Origin: an uncultured Acidobacteriota bacterium | GTDB taxonomy: Bacteria; Acidobacteriota; Terriglobia; Terriglobales; Acidobacteriaceae | Direction: 5' to 3' | DNA length: 64,000 nucleotides | Assembly (NCBI GenBank): GCA_963761915.1 | Contig: CAVXIO010000004.1 | Coordinates: forward strand, 2,267-66,266 | Part shown: piece by piece, positions 51,670 to 62,352 of the stretch | How positions within the stretch are numbered: position 1 is the first letter of the stretch | Layout: each line of letters opens with the position of its first letter | Notes under the pieces: generated by a model | Databases searched by the model: none | Seen by the model: the letters and a program-made list of their open reading frames with translations, nothing else | What the model was told of the DNA's origin: nothing | Program-made: the position numbers and the translations under genes

Positions 51670-52581
51670 TCACTTGCTCCTCTGCAGCTCCCGGTACGCC
51701 TCACTCTTCGAAATCCCGCGCTCCTTCGCCACTTTCTTCAGTGCCGCTTTCTCGTCGATCTTATCTTCAGCCATGATCTGCTCTACCCTCTTGCGAACCG
51801 GTGGGCGGCGGGCTAGAGCACCCGCTTCCACATGAGCATCTATTTCGGCGGGCTTCCCAATGAGCAACGTGATTTCACCCTTCACTCCGTCGCGCGCCGT
51901 CAGCTTCGCCAACACTTCTCCTGCGCGTCCGCGTAAAAACTCTTCGTGCAGCTTGGTCACTTCGCGCGCAATCACCACATGCCGGTCTTCGCCCAGAACC
52001 TCGACTACATCTGAAAGCGCCTCGACGATCCGGTGCGGAGCTTCGTAGAAAACCTGCGTGCGCGGCGAACTCCTGATTGCTTCCAGCGCCGCCCGCCGCT
52101 CGCCGCGCTTGGCCGGAAGAAATCCGCTGAAGCGGAACGAATCAGTCGGCAGCCCGCTCGCCACCAGCGCCGCGAGAAATGCCGACGCTCCGGGAATCGG
52201 CACCACCGGCACGTGATGCCGGATGGCCAGCGAAATCAACCGAAATCCAGGATCAGAAATCCCCGGCATGCCTGCATCTGTCACCAGCGCGACGCTCGCG
52301 CCCTCCTGCATCTCTTTCACCAGTTCGGCCGCGCGAGTCATCTCGTTGTGCTCGTGGTAGCTGATGGTGCGCGTCGCGATGCCGTAGTGGTTTAGCAGCT
52401 TCTGCGTCTGTCGTGTGTCTTCGCATGCGATAACGTCGACTTCCTTGAGCACACGTACCGCGCGCAGCGTGATGTCTTCCAAATTGCCGATCGGTGTGGC
52501 GACCAGATAGAGCGCGGGACCGGGAGTGTCTGATCGAACTGCTTGCCGCTCGGCCGCCTTGGACTCGCCAGAGTCTTTCAT
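51670..52581 (-). CDS. rsmI: 16S rRNA (cytidine1402-2'-O)-methyltransferase
   Basis: LYLVATPIGNLEDITLRAVRVLKEVDVIACEDTR and DAGMPGISDPG. Confidence 0.9.
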   Translation of the reverse strand: MKDSGESKAAERQAVRSDTPGPALYLVATPIGNLEDITLRAVRVLKEVDVIACEDTRQTQKLLNHYGIATRTISYHEHNEMTRAAELVKEMQEGASVALVTDAGMPGISDPGFRLISLAIRHHVPVVPIPGASAFLAALVASGLPTDSFRFSGFLPAKRGERRAALEAIRSSPRTQVFYEAPHRIVEALSDVVEVLGEDRHVVIAREVTKLHEEFLRGRAGEVLAKLTARDGVKGEITLLIGKPAEIDAHVEAGALARRPPVRKRVEQIMAEDKIDEKAALKKVAKERGISKSEAYRELQRSK

Positions 52582-52707
52582 GGCCGGAGTCTACCACCGC
52601 GCCCCGCTCAGGCCGCCACATTCGTACGCACCGCTTCAATTGACGCAATCGAATGCGCGACCCTAGAATTGATAAGAACAGATTTTTTCGTGATTGACTT
52701 AGAAACC

Positions 52708-53088
52708 ATGCCTCTTTACGAATACCAGTGCGAGAAGTGCGGTCACCGCTTCGAGAAAATCCAGAAGTTTTCCGACAAGATGCTGAGGAAATGTCCGGAG
52801 TGCGGAGGCCGTATCGAGCAGATGATTTCCGCGCCTGCCGTGCAATTCAAGGGCTCCGGCTGGTACGTTACCGACTACGCCAACAAATCCCACGCGCCCT
52901 CCTCTTCGGATGGCGGCGATAAAGATTCTAAGGATTCCAAGAAAGATGAGAAATCCAAACCGAACGCTACCGCCAAAGATAGCTCGGCAAAAGAAGGCTC
53001 CTCAACCGACAGTTCCTCGAAAGATAGCTCCCGCAAAACAAATTTGAACAGAGTAAGTTCGTCACGAAAGCCCGACAAGCGCAAGTAA
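52708..53088 (+). CDS. FmdB-family zinc-ribbon protein with a Ser/Lys/Asp-rich tail
   Basis: MPLYEYQCEKCGHRFE...CPECGG...SGWY, followed by a low-complexity tail. The track ORF start at 52543 overlaps rsmI and is unlikely. Confidence 0.8.
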   Translation: MPLYEYQCEKCGHRFEKIQKFSDKMLRKCPECGGRIEQMISAPAVQFKGSGWYVTDYANKSHAPSSSDGGDKDSKDSKKDEKSKPNATAKDSSAKEGSSTDSSSKDSSRKTNLNRVSSSRKPDKRK

Positions 53089-53095
53089 TCTCTCG

Positions 53096-55324
53096 CTACT
53101 TCAGCTCCCGCAAAAAATGATCGTCGATCATATGGAACAGGTGCGTGCGCGACTCGCTGCCAGAGATGCTGTGGGTTTTGTTGGGATAAATCATCAGCCG
53201 GAATTGTTGGCCGGCCTTGATTAGAGCGTTAATCATCTGCACGCTGTTTTGGAAATGAACATTGTCATCGCCGGTGCCGTGGGCCAGCATTAGCGCGCCA
53301 TGCAGCTTAGCGGCTGACGCCGTCACGTCGGATTCCGCGTAACCGTTTTGATCGTCTTTCAATTGGCCCATATAACGTTCGGTGTAAATAGAGTCGTAAT
53401 TGATTTGATCGGTCACCGGCGCAACGGCCACGCCGGCGCGGAAGCGCTCGGAATGGGTCATGGCATACAGCGTCATCGACCCACCGTTCGACCAGCCCCA
53501 AATTCCTGTGCGATCTTTATCGAGCTGTGGATACTGGGCGAAAAGTTGATCGAGGGCCGTAAGTTGATCTCTCAGCTCGAGCGCGCCAAACTCATGGCGT
53601 ATTGCAGCTTGAAATTTACGGTCACGGCCGGGAGTTCCGCGATTGTCGACGGCGAAAATCGCGAAGCCCTGGCGAGCCAGAATTTCATCGAACGGACTCG
53701 TAGGTTCTTTCAGCACCATCTGCGCTGCGGGGCCGCCGTAGACATTCACGATAAGTGGAGTCTTTCCGCCGGCGGGTGGGTCCGGGGGAAGCAACAATCT
53801 TCCGTAAAGCGTCGTTCCGTCCTCGGCCTTGAATTCGAGAAACTGCGGCGCTCGTATTCCGTAGTCCGCGATTGCATTTCGTGCCTGCCACACTGGAGCG
53901 CAGGCGCCGCCGACCGCGCACAGCAACATGCGCGGCGATGCTGTCGGGCTCATGAACGTCTGCTGATAGTGCTTGCCATCGTCGGAGAACTTTACGGAGT
54001 AAATTCCCTCATCCCGCGTGAGCTGCTGCAAACCGCTCCCATCCAGCTTGACCGAGAAAATATGGCGTTGCCTGGGATCATCTTTGTTGGAAGAAAAAAA
54101 CACCGTGCCTGTCGCCTCATCCACCGACTCGACTCCCAACATTTCGAAGTCACCCTGCGTGAGTTGGCGTTCCAGCTTGGCTTCCGCGGCCAGCGGGTTC
54201 TGCTTGTCAAAGCTGTAGAGATACAGATGCGTATGCCCATCGCGCCAGCTTGACCACAGAAAACGATCGCCCGATTTCAGCACGGTGAAGTCATCATTCA
54301 CATTGACCCACGCGCCCGGCGTGGTCTCGGTAAGTACCTTGGTCGACTTTCCGGATTTCGCATCGACAAAATACAAATCCATCCTGTCCTGGTTGCGGTT
54401 GAGAACTTCCGCCCACACCACTCCCTGCCGTACCCAGCCAAATCGCGGGATGTAAGCCTCTTCGTCATCGGTCAGGGAAATCCATCGAACCTTGCCTTTA
54501 TCGGCATCCGTCACGCCCAACTTCACCACGGGGTTTGCGTCCCCAACCTTGGGATACTTTTCATTGTCCACCGTCGGATGCGTGGGAATCAGGTTGGTGA
54601 GCGGATACGTGGGAACCTTGGTTTCATCCATGTGCAAAAAGACAATCTGCTTGCTATCGGGCGACCAAAAATAGTTGCTGCGCACTGCCAGTTCTTCCGC
54701 GTACACCCAGTCGATATCGCCGTTGAACAGGTTGTCGCCCGTATCTTTGGTCAGCTGTTTTTCGTCCTTGCCGCTGATCGATCGGACGTACAAGTTATGC
54801 TTGCGGACGTAGGAAACGTGCGTGCCATCAGGGGAAAATTTTGGATCGCCGCTGGGATCGGGCGCCGAGGTGAACTGCACCGCCGTGCCCGTGGCCAGAT
54901 CGAAAAGCCATAACTGTCCCTGGGGTTGGAAAAGCAGATGTTTCGAATCCGGCGCCCACACGTACTCCGCGACGTGATAGCGCGTCAGACGCTCTCGTTC
55001 CCGGTCATCTTTCAATTTGTTGTAGTCCGGCGCGAGCGATGCCAGCTTGGGGGCGTTGGCCAAAAGGTTCTTCTCGCCAGTGCTCGCGTCCACACACCAC
55101 AACTCGCCGCGGTCTCCCTCATCATCGCGCTGCACAAATGAGAGCTTCGTCCCGTCAGGACTCCAGTCGATGGTTTCCGGTCCGCGCCCGGTCAGGCCTC
55201 CCGGCGCGAAGACCGCCTCAATGGTAAGGAGTTTCACCTGCGGTGTTGATTGCGCCACAAGCGGCGAAAATAGTGCAAGGATGGCAGCCAATACTAAAGA
55301 AAGAGCGATCTTTTGTTTCATCAT
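53096..55324 (-). CDS. S9-family serine peptidase (dipeptidyl-peptidase IV-like), exported
   Basis: Signal peptide, a beta-propeller N-domain, the catalytic nucleophile motif GWSNGGSM, and GTGDDNVHFQNS. Confidence 0.88.
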   Translation of the reverse strand: MMKQKIALSLVLAAILALFSPLVAQSTPQVKLLTIEAVFAPGGLTGRGPETIDWSPDGTKLSFVQRDDEGDRGELWCVDASTGEKNLLANAPKLASLAPDYNKLKDDRERERLTRYHVAEYVWAPDSKHLLFQPQGQLWLFDLATGTAVQFTSAPDPSGDPKFSPDGTHVSYVRKHNLYVRSISGKDEKQLTKDTGDNLFNGDIDWVYAEELAVRSNYFWSPDSKQIVFLHMDETKVPTYPLTNLIPTHPTVDNEKYPKVGDANPVVKLGVTDADKGKVRWISLTDDEEAYIPRFGWVRQGVVWAEVLNRNQDRMDLYFVDAKSGKSTKVLTETTPGAWVNVNDDFTVLKSGDRFLWSSWRDGHTHLYLYSFDKQNPLAAEAKLERQLTQGDFEMLGVESVDEATGTVFFSSNKDDPRQRHIFSVKLDGSGLQQLTRDEGIYSVKFSDDGKHYQQTFMSPTASPRMLLCAVGGACAPVWQARNAIADYGIRAPQFLEFKAEDGTTLYGRLLLPPDPPAGGKTPLIVNVYGGPAAQMVLKEPTSPFDEILARQGFAIFAVDNRGTPGRDRKFQAAIRHEFGALELRDQLTALDQLFAQYPQLDKDRTGIWGWSNGGSMTLYAMTHSERFRAGVAVAPVTDQINYDSIYTERYMGQLKDDQNGYAESDVTASAAKLHGALMLAHGTGDDNVHFQNSVQMINALIKAGQQFRLMIYPNKTHSISGSESRTHLFHMIDDHFLRELK

Positions 55325-55468
55325 GAAACCTCGGAAGAAAGTGACAGAAATGAAGACGAGAGCGAATGGAAGAGTTTACACCCGCAGGGTTTCCGGCTAG
55401 CTGACAAGGCTGGTTTCGGCGCAGGGGACAGGCCTTCCAGCGTGATAGAATCAGCTTGAGTCGTCGGG

Positions 55469-56614
55469 ATGCTTCCAGAAATAGAAAACCTGTTGCGCCT
55501 GCAAGGAGCGGACAAGGAAATCCGCCGTCTGCAGGATGAAATCGCCGAACTTCCCAAACGCGTCGCCGCCATCGAACACAAGTTGGCCGCGACGAAGGCG
55601 CAACTTGAAAAGGCTCAGACCGCCGTTAAAGCCGACGAAGCTACGCGCCGCAAGCATGAAACCACAATCGCAGACCTCCGCGGCAAGATCTCCAAGTATC
55701 GCGACCAGTCTCTCGACGTAAAAACCAACGATCAATACAAAGCCTTACTGCACGAAATCCAGTTCGCCGAAAAAGAAATTGCCGCCACCGAAGACAAAAT
55801 CCTGGAGCTGATGTTGAATGCGGACGCCCGCGACAAAGAAGTAAAGGCGGCGCAGGCCGATCTGAAGGCGGAAGCCGCCGAGATCGAAAAAGAAAAGGCC
55901 GACGCCCGCCAGCGCACCGCCGAAGATGAAAAGCAACTCGCCGAGTGGCGCGGCAAGCGCGACCAGATGCGCGCCGGCGTGAATGAAGATCTTCTGCGCC
56001 ACTATGAGCGCGTCTCCAAGTTCCGCGGCACCGGTATCTCCGAAGTGCGCGATCACAAATGCATGGCTTGTCAGGTGATGCTGCGGCCCCAAACTTATAA
56101 TGATGTGCGCACCGGCCAGCAAACTGTGGTCTGCGATTCCTGCCAGCGGATTCTTTACTTCAATCCTGCGAATGAAATGCAGGCGCTCGAGCCGGAGCAC
56201 AAACGCTCCCGCCGCCATCATCCGAAAATCGATGCTCCCCAGGCCTGGTACTATCGTCAGGAATTCGGCGATGCTGGCGAGGTTTTTCTGTGCCTGGCGA
56301 ATGCAGCAGGCCAAGCTAGCCGCCGCGTTTTCGACATGGGTACCGGACGCCTCATCGGCGACATCCTTATTCGCGAAGGCGATTATCGCCATGCCTTCCC
56401 AGAAGACATCACTGGCGCCATCCGACTCAACGGAAGTTGGACTGAGCGCGACATGGAAAACTGGGGCACTGAAATGCCGATGACGGCGCTCGATTCTCTT
56501 CACGCCGATCTCGAAGCCGCCCGCTACGAGATGAACTCACGGGCATCTTCCAAGCACGAAGCGGATCTTCGGCCGTTCCCACCGAGCACGCCGCCAGCTA
56601 GCTGCCGCATTTAA
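55469..56614 (+). CDS. coiled-coil / C4 zinc-ribbon protein (COG1579-like) with a roughly 130-aa C-terminal extension
   Basis: Long coiled coil, then CMACQVMLRPQTYNDVRTGQQTVVCDSCQRILY (CxxC...CxxC). Confidence 0.7.
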   Translation: MLPEIENLLRLQGADKEIRRLQDEIAELPKRVAAIEHKLAATKAQLEKAQTAVKADEATRRKHETTIADLRGKISKYRDQSLDVKTNDQYKALLHEIQFAEKEIAATEDKILELMLNADARDKEVKAAQADLKAEAAEIEKEKADARQRTAEDEKQLAEWRGKRDQMRAGVNEDLLRHYERVSKFRGTGISEVRDHKCMACQVMLRPQTYNDVRTGQQTVVCDSCQRILYFNPANEMQALEPEHKRSRRHHPKIDAPQAWYYRQEFGDAGEVFLCLANAAGQASRRVFDMGTGRLIGDILIREGDYRHAFPEDITGAIRLNGSWTERDMENWGTEMPMTALDSLHADLEAARYEMNSRASSKHEADLRPFPPSTPPASCRI

Positions 56615-56623
56615 GATTGCTGC

Positions 56624-57838
56624 ATGTCCAGGATCAGCAGCGGCTCGACCTTTCCCACGGTGAAGGTTTCTCCGCGTGGAGCATCCCGTCTCAAAGATGG
56701 CCACGTCTGGGTCTACCGCTCAGATATTGTTTCCGCCGATGGCGTTCCGCCCGGCGCGTTAGTCAATGTGCACGATCATCGCGGCCAGGCGCTCGGCACC
56801 GCACTCTATTCCAGTTCGTCACAGATCGCCGTGCGCCTTATCTCGCGAGAGGTGGTCGCCGATTTTCCCGCACTGCTTCGGCAGCGCATCGCCGATGCCA
56901 TCGCCTATCGCCAGCCGATCGTTCACGACAGCAATGCCTACCGCGTCATCTTCAGCGAAGCCGATTTCCTCCCAGGCCTGATCGTCGACCGCTACGACGA
57001 CATCCTCTCGATGCAGATCCTCACCCAGGCCATGGACGCCGAGATTGTGCGTGCAACTTTAACTTCGGAACTGACCGATCGTCTGCAGCCCGCTTCCATC
57101 GTCGAACGCGTTGACCCGCGGGTCCGCCAGCTCGAAGAGTTACCGGCTCGTTCCTCTGGCCTTGTGCGGGGAGAAAAGACCTCGACCATCTTCACCATGA
57201 ACAATACTCAGTTCCACTTCGACGCACTAGCAGGCCAGAAGACGGGAGCATTCCTCGATCAGCGCGAGAACTACGCCGCCGCAGCCCAGTACGCTCACGG
57301 CGAAGCCCTCGACGTCTTCTGCTATCAGGGAGGCTTCGCTCTGCATATGGCTTCGCGGTGCTCAGCCGTGACCGGAGTGGACAGCTCCCGCCCCGCCCTC
57401 GAAGTTGCCGACAAGAACGCCGCCCTCAACCGAACGCACTTGCGGGACGAGAACAAAGAGATCGAATGGATCGAGGCCAATGCCTTCGACCTGCTCAAGG
57501 ACTACTCCGCCTCTGGCCAGCGCTATGACACTGTCGTGCTTGATCCACCCGCCTTTGCCAAATCGAAGCGCGAACTGGATGCCGCCATGCGCGGCTACAA
57601 GGAGCTGAACCTGCGAGCGCTGAAGATGCTTCGTCCGGGCGGGGTTCTCGTCACCTGCTCCTGTTCTTACCATGTCGGCCAGGGTGATTTCCTCGAAATG
57701 CTAGCGGACTCGGCCCGCGACGCCCACCGAACTGTGCGGCTTGTCGAGGTTCGGGGCCAAGCGAAGGATCACCCGGTACTGCTGAACATTCCCGAAACCG
57801 CCTATCTGAAATGCATAATAGCATTGGTAACCGACTGA
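56624..57838 (+). CDS. rlmI: class I SAM-dependent 23S rRNA (cytosine-C5) methyltransferase, RlmI-like
   Basis: PUA-like N-terminus (LKDGHVWVYRSDI), TGAFLDQREN, and VVLDPPAFAKSK. Confidence 0.8.
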   Translation: MSRISSGSTFPTVKVSPRGASRLKDGHVWVYRSDIVSADGVPPGALVNVHDHRGQALGTALYSSSSQIAVRLISREVVADFPALLRQRIADAIAYRQPIVHDSNAYRVIFSEADFLPGLIVDRYDDILSMQILTQAMDAEIVRATLTSELTDRLQPASIVERVDPRVRQLEELPARSSGLVRGEKTSTIFTMNNTQFHFDALAGQKTGAFLDQRENYAAAAQYAHGEALDVFCYQGGFALHMASRCSAVTGVDSSRPALEVADKNAALNRTHLRDENKEIEWIEANAFDLLKDYSASGQRYDTVVLDPPAFAKSKRELDAAMRGYKELNLRALKMLRPGGVLVTCSCSYHVGQGDFLEMLADSARDAHRTVRLVEVRGQAKDHPVLLNIPETAYLKCIIALVTD

Positions 57839-57858
57839 TAATAGGACATATGTAATAC

Positions 57859-57887
57859 TTGACAACAATACGCTCAACTTTTATGAT
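57859..57887 (+). promoter_or_regulatory. near-consensus sigma-70 promoter upstream of hsp20
   Basis: TTGACA (57859-57864), a 17-nt spacer, then TATGAT (57882-57887). Confidence 0.55.
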
Positions 57888-57962
57888 TCTTTTGTGCTGA
57901 ATATCCATCTAAGCGTGTGAAAGCCAAATTTTAATAAGCACCAGCACAGAAGGAGATCAGAT

Positions 57963-58469
57963 ATGACCGTACTTACCCGTTGGGAGCCTTTCCGCGAGTT
58001 TTCCACCCTGCAGGACCGCATGAACCGCCTGTTCCGCGAGACCTACAGCGAAGGTGGCCGCGACGAGTCCCTTACCGCATCCAGTTTTGCCCCTGCCGTC
58101 GACGTCTACGAAGACGAGCATAAGGTTACTTTGAAGATCGAAGTGCCCGGAATCGACGAGAAAGATATCGATGTCCGCATCGAGAACAACGTCCTCACCG
58201 TTCACGGCGAACGCAAGATCGAGAAAGAAGAGAAAGAAGAGAATTACCGCCGTGTGGAGCGACAGTATGGCAGCTTCACCCGCACCTTCACTCTGCCCAC
58301 CACCGTGGACGCCGAGAAAGTCGCGGCGAACTACGACAAGGGCGTTCTGAAGATCGCTCTTCCCAAGAAGGCTGAAGCCAAGCCCAAGCAGATCAAGGTT
58401 AACGTGGGCGGGGCCAAAGTGGAAAACGAAAAGACCCTCGAAGCCAAGAGCCCAGGCAAAGCCGCGTAA
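57963..58469 (+). CDS. Hsp20/alpha-crystallin small heat-shock protein
   Basis: WEPFREFSTLQDRMNRLF and the alpha-crystallin core PAVDVYEDEHKVTLKIEVPGIDEKDIDVRIENNVLTVHGER...GVLKIALPK. AAGGAG Shine-Dalgarno. Confidence 0.92.
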   Translation: MTVLTRWEPFREFSTLQDRMNRLFRETYSEGGRDESLTASSFAPAVDVYEDEHKVTLKIEVPGIDEKDIDVRIENNVLTVHGERKIEKEEKEENYRRVERQYGSFTRTFTLPTTVDAEKVAANYDKGVLKIALPKKAEAKPKQIKVNVGGAKVENEKTLEAKSPGKAA

Positions 58470-58537
58470 GCTGCAGGTAAAAGTGAGGACAGCCGCCATC
58501 GGCTGTTCAGCCGGGCGCAGCCCGGCGGTTTACAATC

Positions 58538-58582
58538 GACGGGAGGCGGCGAATGAGAGCCGCTTCCCGTCTTGATTTTTTG
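58538..58582 (+). terminator. intrinsic terminator after hsp20
   Basis: 13-bp stem GACGGGAGGCGGC/GCCGCTTCCCGTC (one G-U), loop GAATGAGA, then TTGATTTTTTG. Confidence 0.8.
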
Positions 58583-58592
58583 CAACTTGCGT

Positions 58593-58632
58593 ATTGTGCG
58601 AGTGCGGCCTTCAAACTGCCCGATCGCACAAT
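58593..58632 (+). promoter_or_regulatory. 9-bp perfect inverted repeat upstream of clpB (candidate operator)
   Basis: ATTGTGCGA, 22 nt, TCGCACAAT, ending 27 nt before the clpB ATG. Confidence 0.35.
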
Positions 58633-58658
58633 CGCCAAATCACTAAATGGAGTTCCCC

Positions 58659-61307
58659 ATGCCCATCCGTTGGGACAAATTCACAGTAAAGGCGCAAGAA
58701 TCCGTTCAGCGCGCCAACGATCTCGCCTCCGAGCACGGCAATCCTGAGGTTCTGCCGATCCATTTGCTCGCCGCCCTGCTCGAAGATAAAGAAGGAATCG
58801 TTTCGCCCGTGCTCGAGAAAATTGGCATTGGCCCGCAAGCGGTTCTCAGCGAGCTCTACCGCGATCTCGAAAAGCTTCCCAAAGTTTCTGGCGAGGCGTC
58901 GCAAGCCACGCTCTCAAACGCCGCCAACAAACTGCTCGAACAAGCCTTCAAAGAGGCCGCGAACTTCAAGGACGAATACGTTTCCACCGAGCACCTTCTG
59001 CTCGCCATCACGCACCTCAAGCAGGATGCGGCGCAGCAGATCCTCGCCCGCCACGGCGCAACCAGCGACGCCATTCTTAAAGCCCTAATCGCGGTTCGCG
59101 GCTCGCAGAAAGTAACTGACCAGAATCCTGAAGCCAAGTATCAGGCCCTCGAGCGCTACGCCCGTGATCTCACCGAGCAAGCGCGCCGCGGCAAACTCGA
59201 TCCGGTAATCGGCCGCGACGAGGAAATCCGCCGTGTTGTCCAGGTGCTTTCCCGCCGCACGAAAAATAATCCCGTGCTCATCGGCGAGCCCGGCGTCGGC
59301 AAGACCGCCATCGTCGAAGGCCTCGCCCAGCGCATCATTTCCGGCGATGTGCCCGAAGTGCTGAAGAACAAGCGCGTGGTCGCGCTCGATCTCGGAGCAA
59401 TGCTGGCCGGCGCAAAATATCGCGGCGAATTTGAAGACCGCCTGAAAGCCGTCCTAAAAGAAATTGAGGATTCCTCGGGACAAGTCATCCTCTTCATCGA
59501 CGAATTGCACACGCTGGTCGGCGCCGGCGCGGCAGAAGGCGCGATCGATGCCTCCAATATGCTCAAGCCTGCGCTGGCTCGCGGAGAGCTGCGCGCCATC
59601 GGCGCCACGACGCTGAACGAGTACCGCAAGTACATTGAGAAGGACGCTGCCCTCGAACGCCGCTTCCAGATTGTTTTCGTGGGCGAGCCGAATGTTGAAG
59701 ATACTATCGCCATTCTGCGTGGGCTGAAAGAGCGCTACGAAGTTCACCACGGCGTGCGCATAAAAGATTCGGCAATCGTCGCCGCCGCTACGCTTTCGCA
59801 TCGCTATATCTCTGACCGCTTCCTGCCCGACAAGGCCATCGACCTGGTCGATGAAGCCGCTGCCTCGATTCGTATCCAGATTGACTCGCTCCCCACCGAC
59901 ATCGATCAGCTCGAACGCCGTGCCACGCAGCTCGAAATCGAAAAGCAGGCGCTCAAGAAAGAGGACGACGCCAACTCTAGAGAGCGGCTGGCGGTTATCG
60001 AGAAAGAACTTGCCGGAATTCGCGAGAAATCCAACGCCCTCAAAGCCAATTGGAAAAAAGAAAAGGATCTCATCGCCCGTTCTCGCGAGCTAAAAGAAAA
60101 AATCGAGAAGCTCAAGATCGAGGAACAGGCCGAAGAGCGCAAGGGCAACCTGCAGCGCGTAGCCGAAATCCGCTACGGATTGTTGCGGCAGGCCGAAGAC
60201 GAACTAAGCAAACTGACTGCCAAAATCGACGGCAAAAGCACTGGCGCGCCGCGCATGCTCAAAGAAGAAGTGGACGAAGAAGATATCGCCCGCATCGTCT
60301 CCAAGTGGACCGGCATTCCTGTCTCCAAGATGCTTGAAGGCGAAGTGAAAAAACTTGTCACCATGGAAGAACGCCTGCGGCAGCGCGTGGTTGGCCAGGA
60401 CCAGGCTTTGGAGCGCGTCGCTAATGCCATCCGCCGCTCCCGTGCCGGACTCAGCGATCCCAAGCGTCCCATCGGATCGTTCATTTTCCTCGGTCCAACC
60501 GGCGTCGGCAAAACCGAACTAGCCCGCGCCCTCGCCGAATTTCTATTCGACGACGAGCGCGCTCTGCTCCGGATCGACATGTCCGAATACATGGAGAAGC
60601 ATTCGGTCGCACGCCTGATCGGCGCGCCTCCGGGCTATGTCGGCTATGAAGAAGGAGGCCAGCTTACCGAACAGGTTCGCAGGCGTCCTTACGCCGTTGT
60701 GCTCTTCGACGAAATCGAGAAAGCGCATCCCGACGTCTTCAACGTGCTGCTTCAGGTGATGGACGACGGCCGCCTCACCGATGGCAAAGGCCGCGTCGTC
60801 GACTTCAAGAACACGATTCTGATCATGACCTCGAACCTCGGCTCCAGCTATCTGCAAGCCGAAAACCTGCGCACGCCGGAAGACTTCGAAAAAGCTAGCG
60901 AGCAGGTGATGAACGCTCTCCACGGTCACTTCCGGCCCGAATTCCTGAACCGCGTTGACGACATCATCGTCTTCAGCCCGCTCGGCAAAGAACAGTTAGT
61001 CAAGATCATCGAGCTGCGCCTCGAAGACGTGCGCCGTCTGCTCGCCGATCGTAAAATCTCGATCGAGCTCACCGACGCTGCGAAGGAATTGCTCTTCAGC
61101 CAAGGCTACGACGCCAACTTCGGCGCGCGCCCTCTGAAGCGCGCGATTCAAAAGCTGGTCCAGGACCCGCTGGCGCTCAAGATTCTAGACGGAGAGATTC
61201 TGCACGGCGACCATGTCGTAGTCGACGCCGACAAGAAAGCCGGCAAGATGAAATTCGAAGTCAGCAAGCGCGTCGGCGAGAAAGAAGCAGCGAAGGCGAG
61301 GCGCTGA
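58659..61307 (+). CDS. clpB: ATP-dependent chaperone ClpB
   Basis: Two AAA+ modules (GEPGVGKTA; GPTGVGKTE), a long middle coiled-coil domain, and a Clp_N N-terminus. I prefer the ATG at 58659 with GGAG 6 nt upstream (the track start is 58647). Confidence 0.95.
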   Translation: MPIRWDKFTVKAQESVQRANDLASEHGNPEVLPIHLLAALLEDKEGIVSPVLEKIGIGPQAVLSELYRDLEKLPKVSGEASQATLSNAANKLLEQAFKEAANFKDEYVSTEHLLLAITHLKQDAAQQILARHGATSDAILKALIAVRGSQKVTDQNPEAKYQALERYARDLTEQARRGKLDPVIGRDEEIRRVVQVLSRRTKNNPVLIGEPGVGKTAIVEGLAQRIISGDVPEVLKNKRVVALDLGAMLAGAKYRGEFEDRLKAVLKEIEDSSGQVILFIDELHTLVGAGAAEGAIDASNMLKPALARGELRAIGATTLNEYRKYIEKDAALERRFQIVFVGEPNVEDTIAILRGLKERYEVHHGVRIKDSAIVAAATLSHRYISDRFLPDKAIDLVDEAAASIRIQIDSLPTDIDQLERRATQLEIEKQALKKEDDANSRERLAVIEKELAGIREKSNALKANWKKEKDLIARSRELKEKIEKLKIEEQAEERKGNLQRVAEIRYGLLRQAEDELSKLTAKIDGKSTGAPRMLKEEVDEEDIARIVSKWTGIPVSKMLEGEVKKLVTMEERLRQRVVGQDQALERVANAIRRSRAGLSDPKRPIGSFIFLGPTGVGKTELARALAEFLFDDERALLRIDMSEYMEKHSVARLIGAPPGYVGYEEGGQLTEQVRRRPYAVVLFDEIEKAHPDVFNVLLQVMDDGRLTDGKGRVVDFKNTILIMTSNLGSSYLQAENLRTPEDFEKASEQVMNALHGHFRPEFLNRVDDIIVFSPLGKEQLVKIIELRLEDVRRLLADRKISIELTDAAKELLFSQGYDANFGARPLKRAIQKLVQDPLALKILDGEILHGDHVVVDADKKAGKMKFEVSKRVGEKEAAKARR

Positions 61308-61422
61308 CGTACTCTGCCTTGGATTAGACGGTTTCCCCGGATAAATCGAGAGCATCGAAAATCCGTGAGGATTCCCTCCAAATCCGCGGCAGGGATTTTC
61401 CCGCCTGTGGCACACTACCACC

Positions 61423-62261
61423 ATGCCCAGCCTCACTCTCGGGGACTTCGAACTCAGCATCTTCTCCGATGGCACTTACCCGCTCGACGGCGGCGCGTTT
61501 TTCGGCGTCATTCCCAAAATCATGTGGTCGCGCAAAGTTGCCTCTGACGAAAGGAACTACGTCCAAGCCGGACTCAACTCTCTGCTAATTCGTACGGGGA
61601 AGGAAAATGTTCTGGTCGAAACCGGCATGGGTAACAAGTTGTCCGAGCGCATGGTCAAGTTTTACGGGCAGCCCGCGAAGCTGCTTGCGAATCTTGCAGC
61701 GGCAGGGATTTCGTGATGGACATCGACGTGGTCATCAACACACATCTTCATTTCGACCACTGCGGCTGGAACACCGTGCGCGGTAAAGATGGCAAGATCG
61801 TCCCAACTTTCCCGCGCGCAAAATACTACGCGCCCCAAGGCGAGTGGCAATACGCGCGCCTCCCCAGCGAACGCGACGCCATCAGCTACGTTCCTGACAA
61901 CTACGATCCGCTTGTCGAAAGCGGCCAGATGACCCTGCTCAAAGGCGGCGAAGAAATCGTCCCCGGCATCTCAGTGAAGACTTTCCCCGGCCACACCGCA
62001 TACATGCAGGCCGTGATGGTCGAAAGCGGAGGCCGCACTGCCTGCTACATCTCCGACCTCATTCCCACCACCGCGCACATCGACATAACCTGGGGCATGG
62101 GTTTCGACCTCTACCCGCTGCAGACCATCGACAGCAAGAAGCGGTATTACGCGAAGGCAATTCCGGAGAAGTGGCTGACGGTTTTCACGCACGATCCCAA
62201 GATTCCTTGGGCGTATGTAGAGAAGGACGAATCGGAAAGGATGGTAGCGAGGGGAGTCTAG
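61423..62261 (+). pseudogene. MBL-fold metallo-hydrolase split into two overlapping ORFs (frameshift or TGATG-coupled split)
   Basis: ORF1 (61423..61716) ends ...LAAAGIS. ORF2 (61713..62261) begins (V)MDIDVVINTHLHFDHCGWN, the HxHxDH zinc motif. In intact family members these are contiguous. Confidence 0.6.
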
Positions 62262-62352
62262 ACGATCTCCTAGCGAGAACGCCCGCCTCAGTAGTCTTGC
62301 TCTGAAGAAATCTTACGCTCGCCCCAGAGTTGCCGACGCGGCTTTTAAGTCG

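Noticed and set aside
57887-57954. Possible RNA thermometer: TTCTTTTGTGCTG (57887-57899) can pair over 13 positions with CAGCACAGAAGGA (57942-57954), covering the hsp20 Shine-Dalgarno
   Set aside because: The 5' arm overlaps the -10 hexamer. With a start site near 57894, only the last 6 nt would be transcribed, and those do not reach the Shine-Dalgarno. It would be worth revisiting only if TSS mapping shows an upstream start.
53348-58499. ORFs 53348..54253 (+), 55745..56503 (-) and 57957..58499 (-)
   Set aside because: Each lies antisense to a well-supported gene (S9 peptidase, COG1579-like protein, hsp20).
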